NCBI GenBank assembly: GCA_003104935.1
Contig: PQAE01000002.1
Coordinates: forward strand, 67,527 to 131,526
Origin: Parcubacteria group bacterium
Lineage (GTDB): Bacteria; Patescibacteriota; Patescibacteriia; UBA1558; GWA2-36-10
DNA length: 64,000 nt
Direction: 5' to 3'
Below the pieces are notes generated by a model that searched no databases, was not told the origin of the DNA, and saw only the letters and a list, made by a program, of their open reading frames with translations. This document shows positions 55,884-64,000 of the stretch, piece by piece (positions within the stretch are counted from its first letter, which is position 1; each line of letters opens with the position of its first letter). Position numbers and translations under genes: made by a program.

Positions 55884-56927
55884 TTACGGAGTAACTACGC
55901 CCGGATTATTCTGATCAACTAAATAATTAATAAACGTGGGATCTACCATAGTGTCAGTATTAATCACTTCTACCTTATTACGTTCCTCGGCTACAAAGCG
56001 GCCAATCTTGTCCAGCTGGAGATAGAGCGATTGCGGATCATTTCCCGGAGCAAAGATCGTGGCGTTATCGGTGAGATCCAATAATTTTAATCCCTGAAGC
56101 TGACGCTCTATGTCGCTGGCGCTAATTTTAAATTCTTTGGCTAAGATAACGGCCGCCTGGTCAGGATTATTTTTAACAAAATTAAGGGCTTGAAAATAAG
56201 CCGTCACTATAGCCTGGACAGTTTGCGGGTTGTTTTCAACAAAATCTTGCCGGAAAGTCAAAATGTCGGTGATTAAACCAGGCGCATCTTTTGAAGAGGT
56301 TAAGATGTGCAGATCAGGATCGCTAGCTAATTCGGAAAGAAAAGGCTCGTGGGAAACAGCCACGTCGACCTCACCTCGCTTCAGCATCTGGGCGGCTTCA
56401 TCGGGATTGGCCTCGACCGCGGTGATGTCGGACAGGGTCAGATCAGCTTGTTGCAGAGCCCAACTAATAAAAAACTCTTCCAGCGTCCCTTTTTCGAAAG
56501 CTACTAGTTTGCCGGACAGATCTGTCAAAGCAACGATTTTTTTACTGGCAACTATAGCATCAGCGCCGGCTGAATAATCGATGGCCAGCACGATATTTTG
56601 CTTAAACCCGTCTAGCGATTCATTTACCGCCTCCAGACTGATATTAGCCCGACCCTGCATCTTACCGGCTTGATAATCACCGGATAACTGACTGAGGTCT
56701 TTGTAGAGTTTAACGTCTACATTGAGCCCCTGGTCACGGAAAAACCCCTGGCTCTCTGCCACGTAAAGAGCGACGTAGCCCGGCCAGGTTTCGGTACCGA
56801 TAGTAATAGGTCCTTCAAATAGCCGACTTTTAGTGGCGTTTTTATTTTGTCTAAAATAAACAAATCCGCCCGTTATCAGCGCTATGGCGATAATTATTAT
56901 AATTACTGGTAATAATTTATCACGCAT
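55884..56927 (-). CDS. membrane-anchored periplasmic substrate-binding protein (NMT1/SsuA-like ABC-type SBP fold)
   Basis: 347 aa with an N-terminal TM helix. The size and composition fit the type 2 periplasmic binding fold. It sits immediately upstream of the kinase on the same strand. Confidence 0.5.
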   Translation of the reverse strand: MRDKLLPVIIIIIAIALITGGFVYFRQNKNATKSRLFEGPITIGTETWPGYVALYVAESQGFFRDQGLNVDVKLYKDLSQLSGDYQAGKMQGRANISLEAVNESLDGFKQNIVLAIDYSAGADAIVASKKIVALTDLSGKLVAFEKGTLEEFFISWALQQADLTLSDITAVEANPDEAAQMLKRGEVDVAVSHEPFLSELASDPDLHILTSSKDAPGLITDILTFRQDFVENNPQTVQAIVTAYFQALNFVKNNPDQAAVILAKEFKISASDIERQLQGLKLLDLTDNATIFAPGNDPQSLYLQLDKIGRFVAEERNKVEVINTDTMVDPTFINYLVDQNNPGVVTP

Positions 56928-56929
56928 AG

Positions 56930-57373
56930 TTATCTAGTAGCGCTGATGGTCGCTCCTTGTTCGGCGCTGGGTGCCAGGACCGTTACCCGGTTATTGGCTG
57001 ATTTTTGTATCTTATAGCCGGTACCGTTGGTGGAAGAGCCGGTCGGATCCAACGGAATAGAAGTAATATATTTTTCATTGAGTGTCAGCACCGACAAGTC
57101 AATCAAACCCACACAAGAAGCACTGGTTTTACAAACCTCTACCTGGGCATTTGTAATCGATGCCGGTATTGAGCCGTTATCTATAGAATATTGATAAACG
57201 GCATTGAGAATAGTATTGACATCGGCCCGGCGCTGAGCATTACGCGTCTCCCCTAATTGCTTGGTGGGGTTAATAGCTAAGATAACGATACCGGCCAAAA
57301 TAGAAATGGCCGCTACTACTAAGAGGATCTCAATCAAAGTGAAACCCTTTTTTCCCTGAAGTAATTTTCTCAT
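56930..57373 (-). CDS. type IV pilin (prepilin with class III signal)
   Basis: MRKLLQGKKG|FTLIEILLVVAAISILAGIV... has the canonical G/FTLIE cleavage and methylation site. Confidence 0.8.
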   Translation of the reverse strand: MRKLLQGKKGFTLIEILLVVAAISILAGIVILAINPTKQLGETRNAQRRADVNTILNAVYQYSIDNGSIPASITNAQVEVCKTSASCVGLIDLSVLTLNEKYITSIPLDPTGSSTNGTGYKIQKSANNRVTVLAPSAEQGATISATR

Positions 57374-57411
57374 AAAATAATGTTAAAAATTATTTAAGTA
57401 TTTGTTAAATT

Positions 57412-57852
57412 TTATCTAGTGACGCTGATAGTGATCCCTAGTTCGGCCATGACCGCAGCCACCATCACCCGGCCGCCGGCGGTCTTCATGACCACATAAC
57501 AGGTGCCATTAGGGTTACAGGTAGCACCGGGATCATGGGGGATAGCGGTTAGATATTTTTCATTTGTAGTCAGCACCGAGAGGTCGGCCAGCCCAGCACA
57601 AGTGCCGCCGGTCTTACATATTTCCAACAGCCCGGTAGTGATAGAGCTCGGTAGCGCACCATTGTTATCAATAGCATATTGATAAACCGCGTTGAGGATC
57701 GTATTAACATCGGCCCGGCGCTGAGCATTACGCGTTTCTCCCAGTTGTTTACTGGGATTAATAGCCAAAATAACGATACCGGCTAAAATAGCGATAGTAG
57801 CCACGACTAGTAGGACTTCGATCAAAGTAAACCCCTTTTTATTACAAATAAA
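57412..57852 (-). CDS. type IV pilin paralog (start uncertain)
   Basis: ...NKFICNKKG|FTLIEVLLVVATIAILAGIV... The track ORF extends to 57924 and overlaps the upstream pilin by 47 bp. A 10-aa leader would need an ATA start at 57850-57852. Confidence 0.65.
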   Translation of the reverse strand, partial: FICNKKGFTLIEVLLVVATIAILAGIVILAINPSKQLGETRNAQRRADVNTILNAVYQYAIDNNGALPSSITTGLLEICKTGGTCAGLADLSVLTTNEKYLTAIPHDPGATCNPNGTCYVVMKTAGGRVMVAAVMAELGITISVTR

Positions 57853-57877
57853 TTTATTTATTAAAAATATTAAAATT

Positions 57878-58345
57878 TTACCTGGTAACGCTGATAGTGG
57901 CTCCTTGCTCGGCTGAGGGAGCACAAACTGTTACTCGGCCATTGGCGCTCTTGGACACATAATAACCAGTGCCGTCAGTTGATGAAACTGTAGGATCAAT
58001 CGGCAGAGAAGTTAAGTATTTTTCGTTAGTCGTTAAAACAGTCATCGCCACCCCGGCCGAACAGGTGCCGGAAGCCGCGCCTTTACAAACCTGATTAGCC
58101 GCTACCAAAGCACAGGAACCAGTCGGTATAGTGGGCAAAGTACCGTTATTATCTATAGAGTACTGATAGATGGCGTTTAAAATAGTATTGACATCGGCGC
58201 GGCGCTGAGCATTTCGCGTTTCTCCCAGCTGTTTACTGGGATTGATAGCAATAATGACAATGCCGGCCAAAATACCAATCGCCGCTACGACCAATAGGAT
58301 TTCCAAAAGAGTGAATCCGGATCGTTTTTTAAAAAATTTAGGCAT
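57878..58345 (-). CDS. type IV pilin paralog
   Basis: MPKFFKKRSG|FTLLEILLVVAAIGILAGIV... The N-terminal half is about 80% identical to the two paralogs and the C-terminal half is variable. Confidence 0.8.
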   Translation of the reverse strand: MPKFFKKRSGFTLLEILLVVAAIGILAGIVIIAINPSKQLGETRNAQRRADVNTILNAIYQYSIDNNGTLPTIPTGSCALVAANQVCKGAASGTCSAGVAMTVLTTNEKYLTSLPIDPTVSSTDGTGYYVSKSANGRVTVCAPSAEQGATISVTR

Positions 58346-58374
58346 AATTTTTTTAATTAATTATTTATGTAAAT

Positions 58375-58797
58375 TTATAACTCCCCCGCTTCCTGCCAGG
58401 AAACCACCTGGATCAAGGGGGTGATTTGGTTAATAATAACTTTAGACTTACGGATTATCAGTCCGACCGTGCTGGAAGCTACGATGGTGCGATTAGATCC
58501 ACCCTGGCTAGTCACGGTATAAGTGCAAGTTCCCTGGCCAAGCGACAGATTACCGCTACCGGTATACGCGGTGCTACTGCGAATCTGTTGCAGACCTTCC
58601 TCGGCGCAAGCATTGACCAGAGCCTTGGCCTGATTTGACTGTTCATCGGCAAAACTAGTGCGGGAAGATCCTAAACCCAATAATATCATCGAAGTGACTA
58701 TGGCTATGCCCACGGCGCTCACTACCAAGACACTTAGTAAAGTCACATAGCCGTTACGATTAATATTATACCATATTTTGTACCTATAACGTAGCAT
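58375..58797 (-). CDS. minor pilin-like protein (PilX-like?)
   Basis: 140 aa with a hydrophobic N-terminal helix (NGYVTLLSVLVVSAVGIAIV) and no clean GFTLIE site. Confidence 0.4.
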   Translation of the reverse strand: MLRYRYKIWYNINRNGYVTLLSVLVVSAVGIAIVTSMILLGLGSSRTSFADEQSNQAKALVNACAEEGLQQIRSSTAYTGSGNLSLGQGTCTYTVTSQGGSNRTIVASSTVGLIIRKSKVIINQITPLIQVVSWQEAGEL

Positions 58798-58800
58798 TTT

Positions 58801-59316
58801 TTAAGGTTGCCTCAAGGTTGCTGAGGTTTTAAAAGTTTTCTGATAATTATATTCCTGGCGTCCACTGGTATTAACATAAGTTAGGGTAAAAGTTACGGCA
58901 ATAACTCCGGGCGTGCCAGCTCGCGACAGGTTCTGAAAGCTCAGTCCGCTGATCTGCACTCTAGAATTGGTCAAAAATATTGCAACGGCGGATCCCTCCT
59001 TGATACGCAAAGCAGTGCCACTAAGATCAAATACTGTCGGGTTATTAACTACGACATAAGTGTTTAGTGACAAAGAGGCGGTACTAGCCCCCAGAGTCGG
59101 GGAATTTATGATCGCACTATTTCGTATCGTTTGGGTAATTGTCTGCATCGCTTGCAGGCCCTGTTGCTCCACTTCGGCGATAACCTGGTTTTTTACCCGC
59201 GCCTCCAAGAGAAAAGAAAGAAATATGGAAATAAAAAATAAAAATAGAGCGCTGATACTCACGTAAAGGAGTAGTTCTAGCAAAGTAAATCCTGATTGTT
59301 TGTTTTTATATATCAT
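58801..59316 (-). CDS. pseudopilin/minor pilin (prepilin-type N-terminal domain)
   Basis: MIYKNKQSG|FTLLELLLYVSI... Confidence 0.7.
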   Translation of the reverse strand: MIYKNKQSGFTLLELLLYVSISALFLFFISIFLSFLLEARVKNQVIAEVEQQGLQAMQTITQTIRNSAIINSPTLGASTASLSLNTYVVVNNPTVFDLSGTALRIKEGSAVAIFLTNSRVQISGLSFQNLSRAGTPGVIAVTFTLTYVNTSGRQEYNYQKTFKTSATLRQP

Positions 59317-60704
59317 TGGGGTGCCAAAACTATAAATTCCGCGGCATTGGCATCTCCCACGGCAAATACGCGATCACTTACCGAATCATAAACCACGCCT
59401 TCTAAAGTATCAGCCGCATCATAAAAACCAATTAGTGCCGGGGTAGCCGGCGTAGAAATATCAATCGCCACAAACTCACTTGCCGCGTCGCTGTTAACCA
59501 TGAACACCGAAGAATTGGAACTACCTAAAGACAAGTCATTGGCGGCGCCGGCAACCGGAGAAATCAAGCCGGTCAAACTGGGAATGGCCGGAGCCGTAAC
59601 ATCTATCACATTGACGCTACCGCTGGCCCGCCCAGCTATTATAGTTTGGTTAAAACCGGTAATAGATATGATGTCGCTAGTGCCAGCCAGATTTAGACTG
59701 CCGCTTAGAACCAATGCCGCCGGATTAGAAATATTTACCACCTGTAAATCCTGAGTGTCGTCCGATGAGCCGATAAAAGCATAATTGCCCAGAACCATTA
59801 GCTCGTATGCCCCGCCATTTAACACCAGGCCGCCGGCCAAGACTGGCGCCGCCGGATTAGCCACATTAACTACCGCCAAATCATTGCCGCCGTTTAGACC
59901 CAGATAGGCATAATTACCGACGACATACACCCCCCGAGCATCCTCATTACCGGCATCATTGTAGGCGCTCACCTGACTGGGTGTAGCTGGATTGGATATA
60001 TTAATAATTTGCAGTTCTTCAGTATTACTTGTATTGGTAATATAGGCATAATTTCCGGAAACAAATATATTGGTCGGTGTGCCGGTTAAAATCAACGATC
60101 CCACTATCGTGGGGCTAGCGGGCACGCTAATATCAACTACAATAAAACTGGGACTGGCATTATTTCTCACAATATAAGCATAATTACCCTGTACTTGGAT
60201 TTTGACGGCATTTTGAGCACCGGTAAGATCCAAGCTGGCGGCCAAAACAGGTGTAGCCCAATTATTGCCGGCACTGGCTATCCAATTTGTCAGGCGGCTA
60301 ACCAGAGTGACTGAGCCGGTACGCTGGGGATTTTGTTGCCAAGTAACCTGGGAGATAACGGATTTTCTCTTGCTATCCGCGGAAGCGATGTTTACTTGCC
60401 TGGTAAAAATATCACTCACATCCTGAATACCGGAAAAAGTCCATTGATTACCCGTCACGGCTAGGCCATAATTACCATCGGCCAGATTAGCATAACCGGC
60501 GTCACGGATACTGCGCACGGCTTCCAGACCCTCCTCGGCCAGTAATAATGCCCGCGCTCGATTACCGGCCAACGCGGTCGCTTCCTGACCATAGAGAAAA
60601 GCCCCGACCAGCGCCGTAATCAAAAGACCAAAAATCGCGCCGGCTAAAAGTACTTCTACCAGCGAAAATCCTAGTTTATTAATAGTCAACCATGCCTTTA
60701 GCAT
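59313..60704 (-). CDS. pilin-like N-terminus fused to an LVIVD-repeat beta-propeller domain
   Basis: N-terminus KLG|FSLVEVLLAGAIFGLLITAL. Downstream there are at least five GNYAY(I/V/L)... repeats with (V/I)(V/I)(D/N)(I/V)S(N/V)P, the LVIVD-repeat consensus. The start is set at the internal Met. Confidence 0.6.
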   Translation of the reverse strand: MLKAWLTINKLGFSLVEVLLAGAIFGLLITALVGAFLYGQEATALAGNRARALLLAEEGLEAVRSIRDAGYANLADGNYGLAVTGNQWTFSGIQDVSDIFTRQVNIASADSKRKSVISQVTWQQNPQRTGSVTLVSRLTNWIASAGNNWATPVLAASLDLTGAQNAVKIQVQGNYAYIVRNNASPSFIVVDISVPASPTIVGSLILTGTPTNIFVSGNYAYITNTSNTEELQIINISNPATPSQVSAYNDAGNEDARGVYVVGNYAYLGLNGGNDLAVVNVANPAAPVLAGGLVLNGGAYELMVLGNYAFIGSSDDTQDLQVVNISNPAALVLSGSLNLAGTSDIISITGFNQTIIAGRASGSVNVIDVTAPAIPSLTGLISPVAGAANDLSLGSSNSSVFMVNSDAASEFVAIDISTPATPALIGFYDAADTLEGVVYDSVSDRVFAVGDANAAEFIVLAPQ

Positions 60705-61113
60705 TGATAACAATATTACGCGTTTCATTAATATTGGAGGTAAAAATAATAGCCCCAGTAGTCTGAGGCAAGCCACTAAACTTGGCAAAAACTACTTCCC
60801 CTACTCCCGAGGGCGTGATGCTGGTAGGAACAGCGAAAAATTCATCATAAGTCGCGTCGCGTCCGGCATAACTCAAACCTTTGAAGAGGGTGATGCTACC
60901 CGACTGAACGACCACGCCCCAAGAGGCGTCGTTGTCTCCGGCCTGGGCCAAAAACTGCGCTCGGCGCAAAGACTGCACCGCCGTCACACCGGCGATATCC
61001 AAATCATTGCGTACCTGAAAAGACTGTAAAACAGGGAGAGAAATAGCGGCGATAATAGCTATGGCCGCTAGTGATAACAAAATTTCGATAAAAGTAAAGC
61101 CCCTCTGCTCCAT
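60679..61113 (-). CDS. pseudopilin/minor pilin (prepilin-type N-terminal domain)
   Basis: MEQRG|FTFIEILLSLAAIAIIAAI... Confidence 0.7.
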   Translation of the reverse strand: MEQRGFTFIEILLSLAAIAIIAAISLPVLQSFQVRNDLDIAGVTAVQSLRRAQFLAQAGDNDASWGVVVQSGSITLFKGLSYAGRDATYDEFFAVPTSITPSGVGEVVFAKFSGLPQTTGAIIFTSNINETRNIVINAKGMVDY

Positions 61114-61119
61114 ATTTTT

Positions 61120-62229
61120 TTACGAAGTTTGCAAACCGCCGATCAGACTGTAAATGGGAAGAATAACCGCCAAAGCTACCGTTACTACTCCCAACCAGAC
61201 TATGACCAGTAAAATCGGCTCCAGTATTACCGCCAAATTTTTTGTGGTTAGCTCGGTCTTACCTTCATAGACCCGGCTGATAGATAGCAGGGTGTCCGGC
61301 AGAGTGCCTGATTTTTCTCCGGTGATGACCAACTGCTGGATCGGTGTCGGCAAAAGGCGTTTTATATTTTTATAATTGGCGAAACTTTTTTGAAAAGAAT
61401 TTCCGTCTTCGATATTGCGCACCAAAAATTCATAAAACCTGCGATAAGGCGGAAAAGAAGTGGCCTGAGACAAAGAGCTGATCGCCTGGGTGACGGGCAG
61501 ACCGGCCTGTAGCAGAGTACCCAGTAGAAAACCAAAACGGGAAATTTCTACTTCCTGAACCAGCCGCCCGACTCCGGGTACGATAAAAAGAAAACCCTGG
61601 CCCAATGCCTTGGTTCGGGGAAAATAAAAAATAAAATATATCAGCAGGGCTAAGACAACGATGGTGATAGGCACCACCACGGTTCCGTGTTGCCCCAGAT
61701 ATTTACCCAGGCCGATGATTATCTGGGTAATAAGAGGCAGTTTGACCCGCAACTGGGAAAAAACTACCGCTAGTTTTGGCAAAATAAACCAGGCAATACC
61801 AATACCTATAATGACGGTCAGCGCCAGCACAAAAACCGGATACATCATGGCCGAACGGATCTTGGCCTGAAAATTACGGGATTTTTCCTGCTCCAGACTG
61901 ACCACCCGCAGATTTTCCGCCAGATTACCAGAGTCTTCCCCTACTCTGATGATGGAAATGGTATACTCGGGGAAAAGGCGGGCCGCTTCCAGAGAGCTCC
62001 ACAGCGAGGAACCGGCCTCGATATTTTCTCTAATCTCACCGAGTACTAGGTGCATACGCTGGGAACGCATATCGGTCTGCAAAGCTTCTAGGGCATCTAA
62101 AATATTCATGCCCGATCCCACCAGCAAGCTGAGATTTTCTACAAAGTATTGCTTTTCTTCGCCCACTCTCCAATTTGATAACGTCGACCAAAAAGAAGAA
62201 CGAACTATTTGTTTATTTGGTTTTGGCAT
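61120..62229 (-). CDS. pilC: type IV pilus assembly platform protein (GspF/PilC family)
   Basis: 369 aa with three TM helices and duplicated GspF-like cytoplasmic domains. Confidence 0.85.
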   Translation of the reverse strand: MPKPNKQIVRSSFWSTLSNWRVGEEKQYFVENLSLLVGSGMNILDALEALQTDMRSQRMHLVLGEIRENIEAGSSLWSSLEAARLFPEYTISIIRVGEDSGNLAENLRVVSLEQEKSRNFQAKIRSAMMYPVFVLALTVIIGIGIAWFILPKLAVVFSQLRVKLPLITQIIIGLGKYLGQHGTVVVPITIVVLALLIYFIFYFPRTKALGQGFLFIVPGVGRLVQEVEISRFGFLLGTLLQAGLPVTQAISSLSQATSFPPYRRFYEFLVRNIEDGNSFQKSFANYKNIKRLLPTPIQQLVITGEKSGTLPDTLLSISRVYEGKTELTTKNLAVILEPILLVIVWLGVVTVALAVILPIYSLIGGLQTS

Positions 62230-63940
62230 AAGTATTGGCTCTGACCGGGGGCATGGCGACGCGCAACAGCTCTTCCAAAGTAGTTACTCCTGTCTTGACC
62301 TTGTCGATGCCGTCCTCAAAAAGAGACCGCGAACCCTGACTGCTGGCCAACTGCCATATTTCCTGAGCCGATGGATTTTTCAAAATCAGGTCTTTAAGCT
62401 CCTTGCTAAAATAAATCATTTCAAAGATGGCGGTCCGCCCCTTAAAGCCGGTGTGATTACAGTTATCGCAACCCTTTCCCCGATATAAAGTCATAACTCC
62501 TTTAGGTAAAAAATCATCGGCGGTGGGTAATATATTCTTGGTTTGAACACGGATTTCCTGATAACTATAACGGCATTTTTCACAAATTACCCTGACCAGA
62601 CGCTGAGCCACTACCAGTTCCAAAGTGGATGATAAGAGAAATGGCTCCACACCCATATCTAGGAGCCGCGGCGTGACCGTGGCGGCATCATTGGCGTGAA
62701 AAGTAGAAAGCAATAGGTGGCCGGTCAAAGCGGCGTTAACGGATATTTCCGCAGTTTCATGATCCCGGATTTCCCCCACTAGGATGATGTCCGGATCCTG
62801 TCGAACGATAGAACGCAATCCTTTGGCAAAAGTGAGATTGGTTTGGGAATTAACCTGAATCTGATTGATGCCCTGGATTTTGAACTCGACCGGATCTTCA
62901 ATAGTGGTCACATTTATCTCCGGATGGTTTAATACTTTTAATAAAGTATAGAGTGTGGTGGTCTTGCCGGAGCCGGTCGGTCCGGCAACGATGATCATAC
63001 CAAAAGGTTTTTTGCCGGCCTTGAGAAAACGATCCTGATCGCCGACCGATAAACCGATGTCGCTTAAACTATAATTGCGCACATACTGGGAAAGGATGCG
63101 GATCACCGCTTTTTCGCCGTCAACTACCGGAGTGATGGAAACGCGCATATCAACTGTGCGCCCTTCTTTCAAATAACGAATAGCACCATCCTGGGCGGAG
63201 AAATGCTCATCGATGCGCAGTCGGGATTTGACCTTGATCAAATTTAAAATATTCTGATAATTATCTTTAGGAATCCGGCCGACTTCATTCATCAGTCCGT
63301 CTACCCGGAAACGAATGACCACTTCTTTTTCCTGCGGCTCGAAGTGCACGTCCGAGGCATGGTTAATTAGAGCATCGTCAAAAATCTCGTCGATTATCTC
63401 CGGAGCAATGCGGGTGCTTTTTTGTATGATCTTGATAAAACGAGTCTCCAGGTTTTTTCGGTAATGAACAAAGTTGGCCTGGATATCTTCCGGCAAAGAA
63501 TAGCTGATTTGAACTTTTTTGTTTCTGAAAATTTCGCCTAAAACTGCGGCTAAACCGGCTTGGCTGGGATCATCGGTCGCGACCGTGATCAAATTTTTAT
63601 CCTCGGAAAATAGAATCACCCGGCATTTTTTGGCTAGTTCCTCGGGTATTTTTAAAACCTGTTCTCTGCTGGGCAGATAAGTATTAAGATCAGCATAGGG
63701 AACTTTATAATACTCGGCTAAAGCTTGTCCTAATAGATCATCGCTGATCAGTCCGGCTGAAATCAAATAATCTTTCAGGGGAGAATTATTTTTTTTAGCA
63801 TAATCCAAAGCCTGAGTCATGTCCACCGGACTGACATAGTTGGCTTCGACTAATAATCGGGAGAGGTCGGGTTTATTTTTTGTGGGACCGGTAGGAAGTG
63901 ATGAATTTTGTTTTTTTTGTGTTTTTGTTTGCGCAGACAT
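62213..63940 (-). CDS. pilB: type IV pilus assembly ATPase (GspE/PilB family)
   Basis: 575 aa with an N-terminal GspE_N-like domain, Walker A VAGPTGSGKTTTLYT, Asp/His boxes and a tetracysteine motif (CEKC...CDNC). Confidence 0.9.
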   Translation of the reverse strand: MSAQTKTQKKQNSSLPTGPTKNKPDLSRLLVEANYVSPVDMTQALDYAKKNNSPLKDYLISAGLISDDLLGQALAEYYKVPYADLNTYLPSREQVLKIPEELAKKCRVILFSEDKNLITVATDDPSQAGLAAVLGEIFRNKKVQISYSLPEDIQANFVHYRKNLETRFIKIIQKSTRIAPEIIDEIFDDALINHASDVHFEPQEKEVVIRFRVDGLMNEVGRIPKDNYQNILNLIKVKSRLRIDEHFSAQDGAIRYLKEGRTVDMRVSITPVVDGEKAVIRILSQYVRNYSLSDIGLSVGDQDRFLKAGKKPFGMIIVAGPTGSGKTTTLYTLLKVLNHPEINVTTIEDPVEFKIQGINQIQVNSQTNLTFAKGLRSIVRQDPDIILVGEIRDHETAEISVNAALTGHLLLSTFHANDAATVTPRLLDMGVEPFLLSSTLELVVAQRLVRVICEKCRYSYQEIRVQTKNILPTADDFLPKGVMTLYRGKGCDNCNHTGFKGRTAIFEMIYFSKELKDLILKNPSAQEIWQLASSQGSRSLFEDGIDKVKTGVTTLEELLRVAMPPVRANTYAKTK

Positions 63941-64000
63941 TGCTGATCACATTTTTAGATGTTTTTTGACTGTTTCTACTATTTGATTTATTGGCGTGTC

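Noticed and set aside
1-64000. CRISPR arrays, IS elements/transposases, integrases, rRNA genes
   Set aside because: No regularly spaced short direct repeats, no DDE/serine/tyrosine recombinase motifs and no rRNA-like sequence were recognised anywhere in the window.

Overview
The window is 64 kb from a ~42% GC, gene-dense bacterial chromosome. Most genes are on the minus strand. Several sigma70-like promoters have a TAGTAT/TATAAT -10 box, and a large type IV pilus locus ends the window. I infer a CPR/Patescibacteria-like reduced genome, but this is only an inference. Several short GC-rich islets (52-58% GC) interrupt the backbone: 17311..17802, 20340..20830, 35079..36739, 47400..48010 and 50830..52161.

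Housekeeping genes: cysS, gap, pyrH, tsf, rpsB, rpmE, prfA-prmC, rplY, a SEDS (FtsW/RodA-family) protein, dnaE, thrS, guaB, miaB, miaA, gatB, smpB with an adjacent tmRNA, infC-rpmI-rplT. A dTTP-supply supercluster is also present: tmk-tdk-dut-folA-thyA, a kinase, a Nudix hydrolase and a dCMP deaminase.

Accessory content, in order along the window:
1. Two paralogous secreted short Rhs-core polymorphic toxins. They share a near-identical ~540-bp 5' module (promoter, leader and N-terminus) and have divergent C-terminal toxin domains. One copy is followed by small candidate immunity/accessory genes (a CPCC-family protein and a DUF2283-like protein).
2. A GACGGCT direct-repeat leader motif, shared by the Rhs toxins and a tandem pair of stand-alone 7TM sensor-like membrane proteins.
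3. A tRNA with a 21-nt insertion in the anticodon loop.
4. Three tandem promoter-sRNA-terminator units between a NYN RNase gene and tsf.
5. A MITE-like nested inverted-repeat element in at least two copies.
6. A riboswitch/attenuator-like leader upstream of an AT-rich orphan ORF.
7. An smpB-ssrA locus with an atypical tmRNA and a multi-hairpin palindromic element at its 3' end.
8. A histidine kinase, two CheY-like receivers and a substrate-binding protein next to a type IV pilus cluster. The cluster has PilB, PilC, at least six pilin/pseudopilin genes and a pilin fused to an LVIVD beta-propeller.

No CRISPR array, rRNA or transposase gene was seen.
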